Assembly: GCA_002269645.1 (NCBI GenBank)
Contig: NIVC01002592.1
Span: forward strand, 19,557-83,556
From: Macrostomum lignano
Taxonomy: Eukaryota
Length of the DNA stretch: 64,000 nucleotides
Direction: 5' to 3'
Positions 1 through 11,023 of the stretch are shown piece after piece; position 1 is the stretch's first letter; each line of letters starts with the position of its first letter. The position numbers and the translations under genes are program-made. The notes beneath the pieces were generated by a model. That model did no database searches. It saw only the letters and a program-made list of their open reading frames with translations, and was not told the origin of the DNA.

Positions 1-755
1 GCCTCCAGCTTGACGAATGTATCCATCTGGCTGATCAGGCGGAGCGGGACTGGCTGGGCAGTACCCTGCTGTCCCTGTGCTTGCGCGAGCTGTTCGAGTT
101 CCGTTTTATGCAGACTGACCCGAACTGGGCGAATTTTCTCTACCAGCCTGCTGGTCGCGATAGCGCCAGTCAGCGGCTCGTGCTGTTGGACTTTGGCGCC
201 AGCCGAGAGTACGCGGCCAAGTAAGTATTGCAGCAGGAACTGGAGTTCTCGGAACGTCTGCAAACTTGCAACTTCACCGATTGAATTTGCACGTTAATAA
301 ATAGCCAGATCAATAAAGCAAACTTAACTGAATTTTACACAGAAGCCGTCTTATTACTTTGAAGATTCGTGGACAACTACCTGCGAGTGATTTATTGGGC
401 TGCTGAGCGGGACCATTCACGCATTTTGCGTTACTCCCAGCGCCTCGGCTTTCTCACCGGCTTCGAGAGTGCCGAGATGAACCAGGCCCATACGGACGCT
501 GTGCTGGCCCTCGGCGAGCCGTTCGCCTCTGAAGGACTCTTCGACTTTGGCCAGCAGTCAACCACGCGGACAATTCACGGCCTGATACCAACCATGCTTC
601 GGCACCGGCTAACCCCGCCGCCTGAGGAGAGCTACTCGCTGCATAGGAAATTGTCTGGAGCATTCCTGCTCTGCGCCAGGCTGCGCTCACGTATTGCCTG
701 CCGACCAATGCTGCGCAAGGCCTATGAGGAATACCGTTTCACGGAGCCGGAGTAA
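1..755 (+). CDS. COQ8: COQ8/ADCK3-4 atypical (UbiB family) kinase, 3' part; exons <1-220 and 365-755
   Basis: Frame from nt 3 reads [21 protein letters not shown]...[18 protein letters not shown] donor at 221, TTTGAAG acceptor at 364, phase 2 join (AA+A=K). Continues FVDNYL...[25 protein letters not shown] to TAA 753-755. The 5' end lies outside the window. Confidence 0.93.
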
Positions 756-2076
756 GGAGTGTGCTGGATTCTGCAGCTAACTCGTGAGCTGGCTGCTGCT
801 TTCATTTATTGCAGAACTGAGCAGAGTTTATTTGTGAATCAAGAACTGACTCTGAACCGTGCGCTTCGTTCAAACATTCAAGTTTAAAATGCAGATGAGT
901 AATAACATAATTGTCTCATTTTTTAAATTAACCGTGTCCGAAATTATGAGCGTTATTAGTTTACTATTAGTATACTGCTCGGTTAAGTTTATCAAATATA
1001 TAGCTGAGTCGCTGCTAGTTTCGGCTAAGGAAAACGGCCTTCCTATTTTATCTCCTGTTTTAGCAATTTCAGGAGTCTTTAATTTAAAATTGGCTGGTAG
1101 CCTAACCCTAGCCCAGCTTGTCTGGTCGTTCTGCTTACTCTCTCGCGAGCTGCCACTGGAATAGGTTTGCCTAGTCCAACTGTAATTCGTATGTGCTTTT
1201 TCTACAACTTTGAGCTTCGCTGTTTGGGGAATTTGAATCCGTTCTTAATTTTTATAGCTGCATTCTGAATCCAGAATACGTTAAATCATTTAGTCCCAAT
1301 TAACATGTCTAACAGTGTACTTGTAAATGCAAGTTTGTTGCTACTGTGTTGTAAGATTAAAATAAAGAACTCGTAACTGGCATTTACTCGTATACCTAAC
1401 GTGATCAAGGGCATAAGAACTCGCAGTAAGTGTTCATTGTTTCGTTGCCTTCTGCACCCGGATTCCGTTTGTTTAGAATTCCAGGAAAGCAAGTCCAACC
1501 ACTGGGCACTAGCCCGGTTGCATTGCCTGCAGCGCCAGCTGAGTATTTGCTAAAGCTTCCCATTCCTGAGCAACCGTTTTAAGGTCGTATTTTATTAATG
1601 AAGTTGCAACTTTTATCTTCAGTTTTGTGACACTAGTGTCAGTGTTTTGTATATGGGATGGTGACAAATCTGTGTGGGCATTTATAAGCGGGCACAGATT
1701 GAGTTTGCAGTCATCATGAATTCGCCCTTTCTGTCCTCGCTTGAGTAATAGATGATCAGCAGGTTCTGAGCAAGCAGAAGAGAGCCTCACCTGAAGATGG
1801 GACTCTGGCTTAGAGCATTTTATCGAGTCTGTTGCATTAACCAGAAGGCTTTTCTGAAGGAGATCTACTGTGGCTGTGATTGGCGAAGGTACATAGCATA
1901 CTACTGAGAGTAATGAGGGAAAAATTAATTTCTATCGTTTTCAGAAGCCCAGTGCGAGAGAAGGGTCCTATATCCTGATTTTGCGTCATCAGCTTTCTAA
2001 TGCTAACACTCCGGGAGGGAGCCGTCGAGAGCATAGTTGCTCCACAGCTGTCCAAAGCTTCACTATCCAAGCTTAG

Positions 2077-2332
2077 TGTTGTGTATTGCAAAGGCATGCG
2101 ATGCGTAGGGGTAGTTCGTAGTTCGGGGACAGCGTTTCTAGAAACTTCCACCGCGGACTTGTTTACGCATAGTTCCAGAAGTTTCCTTCCCCGGTCTTTC
2201 TAGAACTTTCCTTCCCCGCGTGCATAAATATACGAGCCGCCCTCCTATTGGCCAAGCCCCTCTTTTGGTGCCACTGAGCGCCCGGATAATTATCTATCTT
2301 GTTTCTGCGTTCGTTAATTCAACAACAGAACA
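2077..2332 (+). repeat. 5' LTR (256 bp)
   Basis: TGTTGTGTATTGC...CAACAGAACA; matches 4506-4761. Contains a TATA-like CATAAATA and an ATTGG box. Confidence 0.96.
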
Positions 2333-2333
2333 T

Positions 2334-2348
2334 TGGCGACGAGGATGG
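2334..2348 (+). promoter_or_regulatory. Primer-binding site, complementary to the tRNA-Ser(GCT) 3' end
   Basis: TGGCGACGAGGATGG lies 1 nt after the LTR and is the reverse complement of the ...CCATCCTCGTCGCCA end of animal tRNA-Ser(GCT) (from memory). The gag ATG (2345) is inside it. Confidence 0.75.
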
Positions 2349-4408
2349 CGGCTAGCATCCCTGCACCCACGCCCTTCCTGGCGAACTGCGGATCACCGAC
2401 AGTACCATGGAGCCGATGGATTGAGGCCTTTGAATTTTATTACGAGGCGGCCCAATTCAAGGAGCCCGAAGGGAAGGAAGAGGCGAAACCGCTGAAGAAG
2501 AGCCTTCTGCTCCATCTGCTTGGATTCGAAGGTCAGCGGGTTGCTCGAGCACGCCAAGCAATCAAGGAGAACGACACGTTCGCAGCAACTAAGGCGGAGC
2601 TCGAGAAGATCTTCGGCGAGAAGCCCAACGTGATGGTAGCCAGATATCGCTTCCGCCAGCGCCAGCAGCTACCCGGCGAGGACGTCAAGACCTTCGTGGC
2701 AGCCCTGAGGGAGCTGACGGAGCTGTGCAACTACGGCGCGATACAGGACGATCTCATCAGAGACCAGCTGGCTGAGAAGACCAGTAACCCCAGAATCCGA
2801 GAGAGGCTGCTGACGGAGAAGGTGGAGGACCTCAACCTGGCGAAAGCGCTCAGCATCGCGGTCTCCATCGAGGAAGCCTCCAAAGAAGCCAAGGCGATGG
2901 CGCCATCAACCTCGAGCACGGCAGCCGTCCAATCGATCCGACAGCCGAGGGGCCAGAAGGTCGCTGCAAAGGGGAGGCACCGCCCAGCACCAGCTGGCAG
3001 GACGGCCAAACCCGGCGGCGCCTGCACGCGCTGTGGGCGAGACCACGGACCGACGACCCACTGTCCGGCCAAGGGCAAGACATGCGACGCCTGTGGCAAG
3101 AAGAACCACTTCCGGAGTTGCTGTCGCAGCCAGCAGGCTGCTGTCAATGCCGCGGACGAGGTGATCACAGTCTACGCAGTGGCAGGTGGCGACAGGGAGG
3201 TCCGGGCGACGCTGGAACTCGGACCGGACAGGACCGCTGTCAGCCTGATGGTGGACTGCGGCGCAAGGGTGTCGCTGCTGTCCCGACAGACCGCCGATCG
3301 GATCTCAGGTGCAGTCACCTCTCCCACTACGACGAAGCTGCGTGCCTACGGTGGACTGCCGATCCAGCTAAGTGGTGTCACCGAGCTGGAGGTGCGCTAC
3401 GGCGACAAGGCGATGCAGCACCGGTTCTTCGTTGCGCCAGGCGGCGACAACATCGTCGGTAGAGACCTGATGGAGAAGCTGGGCTTCCGAGTCGACCTTA
3501 GCGGGCAGCCGCCCGGAATCGCGGAGGTCAGCGACTTGACGGCGGACTTGCAGGCGCGGTACCCAACGACCTTTAGCGGTGCGATAGGATGCTGCGCCGG
3601 CGCTGTACACCAGCCCAAGGTCGACCCAGCAGCGCGACCCGTCCAGCAGCCACTCCGCCGCCTGCCCCTCATGCGACAGGAGCAGGTCGGTGCCGAACTC
3701 GACAAGATGGAGAAGGACGGCATCATCGAGCGAGTTCTCGGACTTCCTGGCCGAGCAGGGCATCCGGCACGTCAAGACCAGCCTCTACCATCCGCAGACC
3801 AACGGCCAGACGGAGCGTCTCAATCGGTCGCTACTCGCCAGCATCAGAGCGGCCATGGTGGAGAACAGGCCGTTTCAAGACGCCGTGACCAACTTCTTGT
3901 CTGCCTACCGGAGCTCCAAGCACAGCCTGACGGGCAAGTCACCGGCCGAGCTCATGCTGGGTCGGAAGTGGCGCACCGCGATCACCATGCTGTCTCCCGG
4001 AGGGGGAATGACAACGACCGAGGCGACGCCTCAGGCACTGCGGCAGCAAATCGAGGCGCGGCAGCAGCGGATCAAGGCCTACACCGATGCCAGACGAAGG
4101 GCCCGCCCCGAGACGTTCCACCCCGGCGATTGGGTGAGAATCCGACGGCCCACCAAGAAGGGCAAGCTGGGTACCCGCCTCTCACGGCCACTACAAGTGC
4201 TCCGTCAGGCGGGACACCACGCGGTCGAGCTCAGCGACGGCACCAGATGGAACCAGCAGCGGCTGATCCGAACGCCGCACCCGGCGCAGCCGAGAGAGCG
4301 GTTCGACCCACTGGTGGACTCGGCGCCAACGACCGGAGCCGGCACGGCGGCACCGGCGGCACCGGCGGCGGAGCCTCCGGCAAGAACAGCAGCGCCCCGC
4401 CGATCTGA
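2345..4408 (+). CDS. gag: Gag-protease ORF (687 aa); runs out of the pol frame after the internal deletion
   Basis: Gag motifs WSRWIEAF and YRFRQRQQLPGEDVKTFVAALR; double zinc knuckle CTRCGRDH...CPAKGKTCDACGKKNHFRSCC; protease LMVDCGARVSLL and NIVGRDLM; RT start PLRRLPL...ELDKMEKDGIIERV, then homology stops near 3735. Confidence 0.9.
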   Translation: MAASIPAPTPFLANCGSPTVPWSRWIEAFEFYYEAAQFKEPEGKEEAKPLKKSLLLHLLGFEGQRVARARQAIKENDTFAATKAELEKIFGEKPNVMVARYRFRQRQQLPGEDVKTFVAALRELTELCNYGAIQDDLIRDQLAEKTSNPRIRERLLTEKVEDLNLAKALSIAVSIEEASKEAKAMAPSTSSTAAVQSIRQPRGQKVAAKGRHRPAPAGRTAKPGGACTRCGRDHGPTTHCPAKGKTCDACGKKNHFRSCCRSQQAAVNAADEVITVYAVAGGDREVRATLELGPDRTAVSLMVDCGARVSLLSRQTADRISGAVTSPTTTKLRAYGGLPIQLSGVTELEVRYGDKAMQHRFFVAPGGDNIVGRDLMEKLGFRVDLSGQPPGIAEVSDLTADLQARYPTTFSGAIGCCAGAVHQPKVDPAARPVQQPLRRLPLMRQEQVGAELDKMEKDGIIERVLGLPGRAGHPARQDQPLPSADQRPDGASQSVATRQHQSGHGGEQAVSRRRDQLLVCLPELQAQPDGQVTGRAHAGSEVAHRDHHAVSRRGNDNDRGDASGTAAANRGAAAADQGLHRCQTKGPPRDVPPRRLGENPTAHQEGQAGYPPLTATTSAPSGGTPRGRAQRRHQMEPAAADPNAAPGAAERAVRPTGGLGANDRSRHGGTGGTGGGASGKNSSAPPI

Positions 4409-4457
4409 GCGAGCCAGGCACCCGCCGATACGCTACATGAACTGCCGCTGGGACTGA
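3729..4457 (+). pseudogene. Integrase C-terminal half, out of frame with gag-pro
   Basis: SEFSDFLAEQGIRHVKTSLYHPQTNGQTERLNRSL...FLSAYRSSKHSLTGKSPAELMLGRKWRT. It lacks the HHCC domain and the first two catalytic Asp. Confidence 0.9.
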
Positions 4458-4490
4458 TTAAAGTGAAGCTTGGGGACTGTTGGACTCCTT

Positions 4491-4505
4491 GAAGGAGGGG
4501 AAGAA
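4491..4505 (+). promoter_or_regulatory. Polypurine tract
   Basis: GAAGGAGGGGAAGAA immediately precedes the 3' LTR. Confidence 0.9.
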
Positions 4506-4761
4506 TGTTGTGTATTGCAAAGGCATGCGATGCGTAGGGGTAGTTCGTAGTTCGGGGACAGCGTTTCTAGAAACTTCCACCGCGGACTTGTTTACGCATA
4601 GTTCCAGAAGTTTCCTTCCCCGGTCTTTCTAGAACTTTCCTTCCCCGCGTGCATAAATATACGAGCCGCCCTCCTATTGGCCAAGCCCCTCTTTTGGTGC
4701 CACTGAGCGCCCGGATAATTATCTATCTTGTTTCTGCGTTCGTTAATTCAACAACAGAACA
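4506..4761 (+). repeat. 3' LTR (256 bp)
   Basis: Identical to 2077-2332; followed by the TSD CTTAG. Confidence 0.96.
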
Positions 4762-6010
4762 CTTAGGAAGCAATTCGGACTCAAAATGAGACAGGAAAAT
4801 GATTGATCTATTGATTCCGGCAATTAGGCAGCGTAAAGGAATAAACTGAGGTTAACGTTTTGCTATTGAATAAAGGAATACGAGCGTATGTGTATGTAAA
4901 TAACGCTCGTATATGTAAATAATACGGTAAGTGCAGAATCTGGGTGCACGACAATTGACTGCGGACAATTTGCCGAGCAATCTGACTGCCGACAATTTAA
5001 CTGCCAGCAAAATGACTACCTAAAAGCACTCCAGGCTCTTTATTCATGACCGTATTTATATGCAAAGCTAGCAAGGCTTTTTACATGAGCAAAAATGCAA
5101 GCTACATTTGGCTTTCGATTTGTTATAACGCACGTCGAATTTTCTGATTGGCTAAGCTTGTTGCCACCCAAGCTCACGTGACCAGAAGATCCTATCAGTT
5201 CCCTCGGGGCCATAAAAATACGCCAGGTGCGGTCATAAATCACTCAAAATCGCTACATATTGATTTATGACCTTTCGCATAGGAATGACAAAAATTAATG
5301 AAAAAATATACATTAGAAAGCTCTTATTAAGTAGATAATGAAGAGAAATCGCTAATCCCAACGTACTTTTAGGGGCAAAACGCATAGTTGTCAAAGCTGT
5401 CACACGCTTGAGTAAACACGAACAATAGGCCCTGACCTCATAAATCTTGATGGCCTGTCAAAATGAAGAGAAAAAGCTACCGCCCGCATCCTCTCAGACC
5501 ATCTGGCGCCAGTCTCAGCATTGAGTGAGGCGCAGGTGGCTGTCAGACCAGCTTCGAAAGCGATGATTTATGACCCAAAAGCCGCACCTATGTTATTATA
5601 ACTACAAGTATGGCAAGATCATATAACTAGTATGAATTCTAGCAAAATTACATAAAGAGAAGAAAAGATGCCCATAGCCTGTTGTTAGTATAGGCTAGTA
5701 AGTTTGGAGCCCATGTGCGAGCGTGAAGTTTGGAAAAAAGTGCGTCCTCATCAATAGTACGACGAACCTTCACGAAAAGTGTAAGAATGCTCTTTTCTCT
5801 GATCTTTCTTTTTACTCGTAGATTCTCTTTTGTTCTGGAATGTTTCGGCTGCTTAACATACTTGTCGTTCAGAACGTAAAAAACACTTGATTAAGCGGTT
5901 ACTTTAGCCATTGAGACAAAAAATTCCAGAACGGAGCACTTGGACAAGAAATATACTCGACCTATATCTGAAAAGTTAGCTCGTAAGTGTACGAGCTATT
6001 ACGAGTATAT

Positions 6011-6087
6011 GCAGACCTCACCGTGTCAGTCACTCTGCAGACCTCACTCTATCAGTCACTCTGCAGACCTCACTCTGTCAGTCACTC
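6011..6087. repeat. 26-bp tandem repeat, about 3 copies
   Basis: Unit GCAGACCTCACTCTGTCAGTCACTCT. Confidence 0.85.
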
Positions 6088-7559
6088 AACTTTCACAACA
6101 CATTCCTTTGTGGGCTATTAGCTCTTACACTGATCTTCATTGCATGTATATTTGTAGTGCAAGCAATGTGACGCCAGTCTATTATCGATTTATTCTTAGA
6201 CTGCACCTTATCAGTTATCTGACCCTCCCCCAGCCCTCTGTGTCAGCCCATTCTCTCTTAATGATATGTTCTTCTGCCCCACACATTGATATGCGCCTCA
6301 GAAGGTAAATAATTTGACCAACTTGCCACCCCAATCTTTATTCACCCCGAAAAATTTAAGACCCAGGATATTTCAAAGCCCGATTTTATTGTGCCTTAGA
6401 TTATCCAGGGTAGGTTATCACAAAGCGACAATGATTTTGCGATGTCCGCCGGATAAATTGAACACCGGTGGACAGAAAGCTTAACACCGGGTTGTTTGAA
6501 GGTACACGCCAGAGGCACGGCCGCCACCAGTCACCTGTGCGGGAGTACACCCGCGGTAAAAAAACTCCCACTATAACTAGACGTTAACTCCCGGTCTGTA
6601 ACAGACAAAGGTTCTTGACCCCAACTGTACTAGAAATGGCCGATTAAAAGGGACTCTATGCGAGGCATACAAGGAAACGAGGTCTTTGCATAGGGGGATT
6701 GTTTAGCTGCATGGTGAGCGATTTTAAGACTACGATTCCCTCTTACGCCCCAGTATCCCAAGGTCAAATAATAGGTAACGCCATTTTGTGTCATCCTCCT
6801 TAGATGGGTTCGATGCTGCAGGGAATGGGGAATTGCAGGAGGTTCCAGAGCTTTCTTGTGGTGCACATCCTGAAGGGACTTGTTTAGAAATATTGTTACT
6901 GCTATGAATTTCGGTTGAATTCGGCTCATACTCGATGATCTTCCGTAAACTTAATCTGCTTAACATTTCAAACAATGCGTGTAAATGAACAATTAAATAG
7001 AATAATTAAATGCCAATAATAACTTTGCAAAAAGACTTTTACAACGACGGTTACACTAAACCGTCACACTCAGCTTCCATTCCATGCCCTGCGACAGGCG
7101 CACTCACTACTCGCGCTTCATACCACGATTCCTGGTAAATAAATATAAACAGACAGGAGCAACAGAGTTGAATAGCTAACGCCTTGAATTGCTAGCCCGA
7201 AACTATGGCCCTAACAGTTCGGTTAATAATTAAAACGGAATAAGTTAAGATTAAAAGATTAGGAAATCGTGAGCAATGGGGGGAGACCGGGCTAACGATA
7301 CCCAAGGGCAGCGCAACAGAGGAAAAATACGAGTATCCTACGGACGCGGCAGACGGGCAGGGCTATTTGGCGCGGTGGTCGTCGGATGGTCACGGCGGCG
7401 GCTGCAGTCACGGACGATCAGTCCAGTCAAAACACGTCAGAAAGGAGGTTAAAGCAAAGGGGCCGGAGAGACGGAGGGAAAAAGGAATGAAAGAAAGAAA
7501 GAGGGAGGAATTGAAGAATAAAATCAAGACGTGTCGCGTCGAGAGTAGCTGCTCAGGGC

Positions 7560-7700
7560 TCAAAGCGGGCTCTTGACACGCATGGCTTATTTATAGCCCT
7601 GAGATATGCAACGCGAGAATAGAAGGCTGTGGCTTGTCCTTGGCCTCCGTTACCAAGCAACCGTGATGACGTCACCCACCAGTCGCGCTTTGATTGGATG
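7560..7700 (-). promoter_or_regulatory. Pol II promoter-like motif cluster (CCAAT, CRE, TATA), possibly of a decayed retroelement
   Basis: On the minus strand: CCAAT (~7693-7697), the palindrome TGACGTCA (~7667-7674), then TATAAATA (~7588-7595), followed by a pyrimidine-rich leader. No downstream ORF is recognisable. Confidence 0.3.
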
Positions 7701-8887
7701 AAAAATAGGGGTGGGGCGCAGCGGAGAAAAATGATTTATGATGGGGGATTACGTAAAAGGTGGGAAAGAGCTTAATGATATAGTGGGTCAAAACTGTCAC
7801 ACGCATGTGTGACGTTGCCAGTTTAAGGTGGTCCCGCAAAAGGGCCGTTGGACTGTAACTCCTCTACAATTTCTCCAATCGCTTATTTTAACGTTTACTT
7901 GTAGTAGTGCCCAATGAATCTGTACCTATCGCTAATTCACTGCGCGTTTTGCTATCCTTTCATGCGACCGTAGAAAACTTGCACGATCGATAATTTTAAG
8001 TTCTTTAGCCAGCCAATGAAAACCGCTCGTGCTTCGCGCTACCCCCCCCCTCTGCGCTCCTTTATTAACCCTCGCCTGGCGGGCTGGGGGCCTTCACTTG
8101 TTTCCCTTGTTTTCCTTGTTTTCCGTGCGTTCTCCTCTCTCTTGGCCTCTTGTCTGGCTTTTGTTTTTCCTCTCTTGTCTGGCTGCCTCGAGCCTCCTTA
8201 TCTCTCGCCACGGCCCCTCTGTCTGGGCCAGCCTGTTTACACTACTTCACTGTGTTCCGCCACGGCTAACGCCAATCTCGCCACTACTCATCTGCCTGCC
8301 TACTGCTACTCACTGCCTTCACTGTACTCATCGCCATTGCTCATCACGTTGCGTTGCCACCGCATCATTCGCCTGCCACTGACTTCATATTCTAATTATC
8401 TTCAAAACCATTGTTGCAGCCGCCAGTGCCCAGAAAGCTATAGTTTGTGCATTGACAGTAATAACCAATCCTAATATTGATCTCAACAATAAAAACAACT
8501 ACGGCAGTTTCCTGCCTTTATCGCCAAGTGCTCCGCTACACAATCCGATTTGCAAGAGTTGACTTCGATTTATTTTGGAACTACGACTTACTGCAACTCT
8601 CGTCAAAACGGCCCTTTTAAGGGTCATAGCCATAGCTAGCCGCTACATCAATAACCGTGACACATGAATGATTTCGAACAATAGAAAGGTGGTGGGGCAC
8701 TGGTGCGCGGGGTATCGAGTGGGGTGGGCGATAATCATGAGTCACAAGAATCACAGGGGAGAAAGGGAGGGTGCGCAAAATTAGTGGTGGGCCCAGGACG
8801 TGCCTCATCAATAAGTCTGAATGAGGCACTGAAGGCGCTCTGCGCTGAAACACTGCTCCAGGTGGTGTCCGATACGGTAATTTTGTG

Positions 8888-9140
8888 TCACCATCATCAT
8901 CAGGTCCGTAGACAATGGCCGTTGATGCATCCATTTCTCGACAGCGACTCTCTACCTCGTTCGATCTACATGTAAGGCCATCCTCATCAGCTGCACCACC
9001 CTCTTTCCACTCCACTCCTTCAGATTGTCCATCCAGTCCCATTGTGGCCTGACTCTGCCCTTTCGTCCCTCAACACCACCTTCAACCACAGACTCAGCAC
9101 TCCATCACTTCTCGCAACGTGCCCAAATTTCCTACTCTTC
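8888..9140 (-). mobile_element. 5'-truncated RTE-clade LINE remnant
   Basis: Minus strand, with one frameshift and one stop: RKFGHVARSDG / SVVEGGVEGRKGRVRPQWDWMDNLKEWSGK...DRTR*RVAV. This is the typical RTE RT C-terminus, followed by a (TGA)n tail. Confidence 0.8.
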
Positions 9141-9230
9141 TGTAGGTCTGTAGGATCTGTAGGTCTGTAGGTCTTCATCTCGAAAGCTCTGAGCCGCTTT
9201 TCATCTTTTCCCATTGCCCAGCTCTCACAC

Positions 9231-9385
9231 GGGAGCACGAGAATTGCCCGCAGACGGATTCCCGGCTGAGATTTGCCCGTCGAGCTTTTCCAGCCGAGAA
9301 TTGCCCGCCGAGATTTGCCCGCAAGTGAATAATTGCTCGCGAGCAAATTGCCCACCGAATTTTTTCCCGCCGAGGTTTGCCCGTA
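9231..9385. repeat. Degenerate ~14-bp TTTGCCC-unit array, probable isolated TIR of a Mutator-type foldback
   Basis: Starts GGGAGCACGAG, then repeated GCCGAGATTTGCCCG-like units; architecture parallels 29546-29837. No partner end seen. Confidence 0.5.
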
Positions 9386-10486
9386 ATGCTTCTTTTCCTG
9401 CAGCGCATTAAATCACGCGGCAGGTTTTGTCTGCCATGCCTCCCTAATGCTTAGTAATTGTCTTAATAAAGAGATTTACCCGATCAAAACGTTTTGATGG
9501 TAACTGCGTATCAAATGCATTTTTTCGTGTGAGTTTTCATTTCTATATAGAATACGAGCTACATGCAGGGGTACATCGGTGAGCTGCATTCATATGCCAT
9601 GCCACTTAATTGTCCCCTAAATCTCTACAGCTCTGACAACCAATTCTAAGACCTTCCCACCAATATTTTGAAGACCATTTTTAGTATATGGGTGATGATA
9701 GTCACAGATGAGCGTACACTGGTGTATTATAGGCCGCAGTTAGATTAGTTTTTTTTCGTTTCTGCCGTTCGGAAGTTTCGCGCATGAACAATTTTGTTTA
9801 TCGACCAGTAAGACCTAGGTAACTTTTAACTGCTTTAAAGAATAGCTACATGTGTACATGTATATCCAAGCAGAAAATTTCAAAGCTCACAGCCCCCATA
9901 TGCAGGTACCTTGAATTTATACAGCCTAGGTAAGTTTAAAATGCACAATTTACTTGGAAGTTGAGCAGCTCTGTTCACGAGTTTCAAGAAATAAAAGATA
10001 TCAGAAAATTAATACTCTGCAAAAGTACTCGTCATTTCAATCTCATTTCTGCTGGTCGCAAGTACATTTTTGATATCTTCACACCTGGACTAAAAACATC
10101 TCAACGAGACGTGCCAGACAAGCCATACCAGCATACTGCATGGACAAGTACGTAGCATGTGAAGTTCATTCCTGCATTTTAAATCTATAGTTCGTCTTCG
10201 AATGTTTGAAAAGCTCGATATAATGCTTACATGTACACGCTTCGTCACTGCCAGTGTCTGCTGAAATCTGTCCACCGGTCCCGTTCCATATTCTAAAAGC
10301 TCTTTCACTGGCTGCTTCAGTGGACAGCATAGGCTATGGCGATATCAGTTGGAAAGAGCTTGATAAGGTGGATTGAGCTTAGTTAAGCTGTGTCGCAAGT
10401 AGACCAAATGGAACAAATAGAATGCATGCTGCGTATGCATTTCCAAGCAGAAGCGGGCCAATCTGTGAGAAAAATAAGCGAGAGAA

Positions 10487-11023
10487 ATGTCCAGCGTGGA
10501 AACTGTCACAGTGGAGTCGCTCGAAACTCAGGAGGACCCGAGTCAGACTGACACTGACAGCAGCATTATGGATCTGAGAATGCCCATTTACCGGACAAGC
10601 ATTGTGCACCTCACGTTGTCCGGCATAAACAGCCTCCTCACTCTGCTGCTGCTGTGCGCCAAGCTCTTCACAATTATCTTCAATGGAGTCTTCCCCTCCC
10701 TATGGTACCTCAGCTTCCTGTACACTGTGTTACGCATCCTCCACATCTGCGCAGGCGCAACGGCCTACACAGTTAAGGACGTCTCTATTGACCATTTAAA
10801 AACCCGCGTTAGCATGGCCTGCGCCGTCTGTGGAATCAGCGTCCTATTCTCGCTGGGCGAAGCCATCGGCAGAGGATTCGAGACCAACTATTACATGAAG
10901 ACAAATGACGTGCTGAATGGAGTCGGTAGCGGCGTCCAGGTACTACTGAATCTGGGGCTCTGCATTCTCAGTGCCATTCTGACTGTTATGTGCGCAACGC
11001 TTACAGGCAAGCTGAGGTCATGA
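10487..11023 (+). CDS. Uncharacterised four-TM membrane protein (178 aa), single exon, loosely MS4A/tetraspan-like topology
   Basis: ATG-initiated 537-nt ORF with exon-like GC content, an acidic N-tail and four hydrophobic segments (IVHLTLSGINSLLTLLLLC, SLWYLSFLYTVLRILHICAG, MACAVCGISVLFSLG, VQVLLNLGLCILSAILTVMC). Family not recognised. Confidence 0.65.
   Translation: MSSVETVTVESLETQEDPSQTDTDSSIMDLRMPIYRTSIVHLTLSGINSLLTLLLLCAKLFTIIFNGVFPSLWYLSFLYTVLRILHICAGATAYTVKDVSIDHLKTRVSMACAVCGISVLFSLGEAIGRGFETNYYMKTNDVLNGVGSGVQVLLNLGLCILSAILTVMCATLTGKLRS

Larger units (their letters stand above)
2077..4761 (+). mobile_element. Ty3/Gypsy (Mag-like) LTR retrotransposon, internally deleted, non-autonomous
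   Basis: Two 256-bp LTRs (TG...CA), identical by eye; 5-bp TSD CTTAG (2072-2076 and 4762-4766); PBS and PPT present. Encodes gag, protease, the start of RT and the 3' half of integrase. Confidence 0.96.

Noticed and set aside
3690-3790. Programmed ribosomal frameshift between gag-pro and pol
   Set aside because: The frame change coincides with loss of RT, RNase H and the integrase N-terminus, so it is a deletion junction; no slippery heptamer is evident.
6400-7000. rRNA or other structured RNA fragment
   Set aside because: GC-moderate but contains no universal rRNA motif that I recognise.
8016-8474. Two overlapping 117-152 aa hydrophobic ORFs
   Set aside because: They result from C/T low-complexity sequence; no domain motif or splice support.
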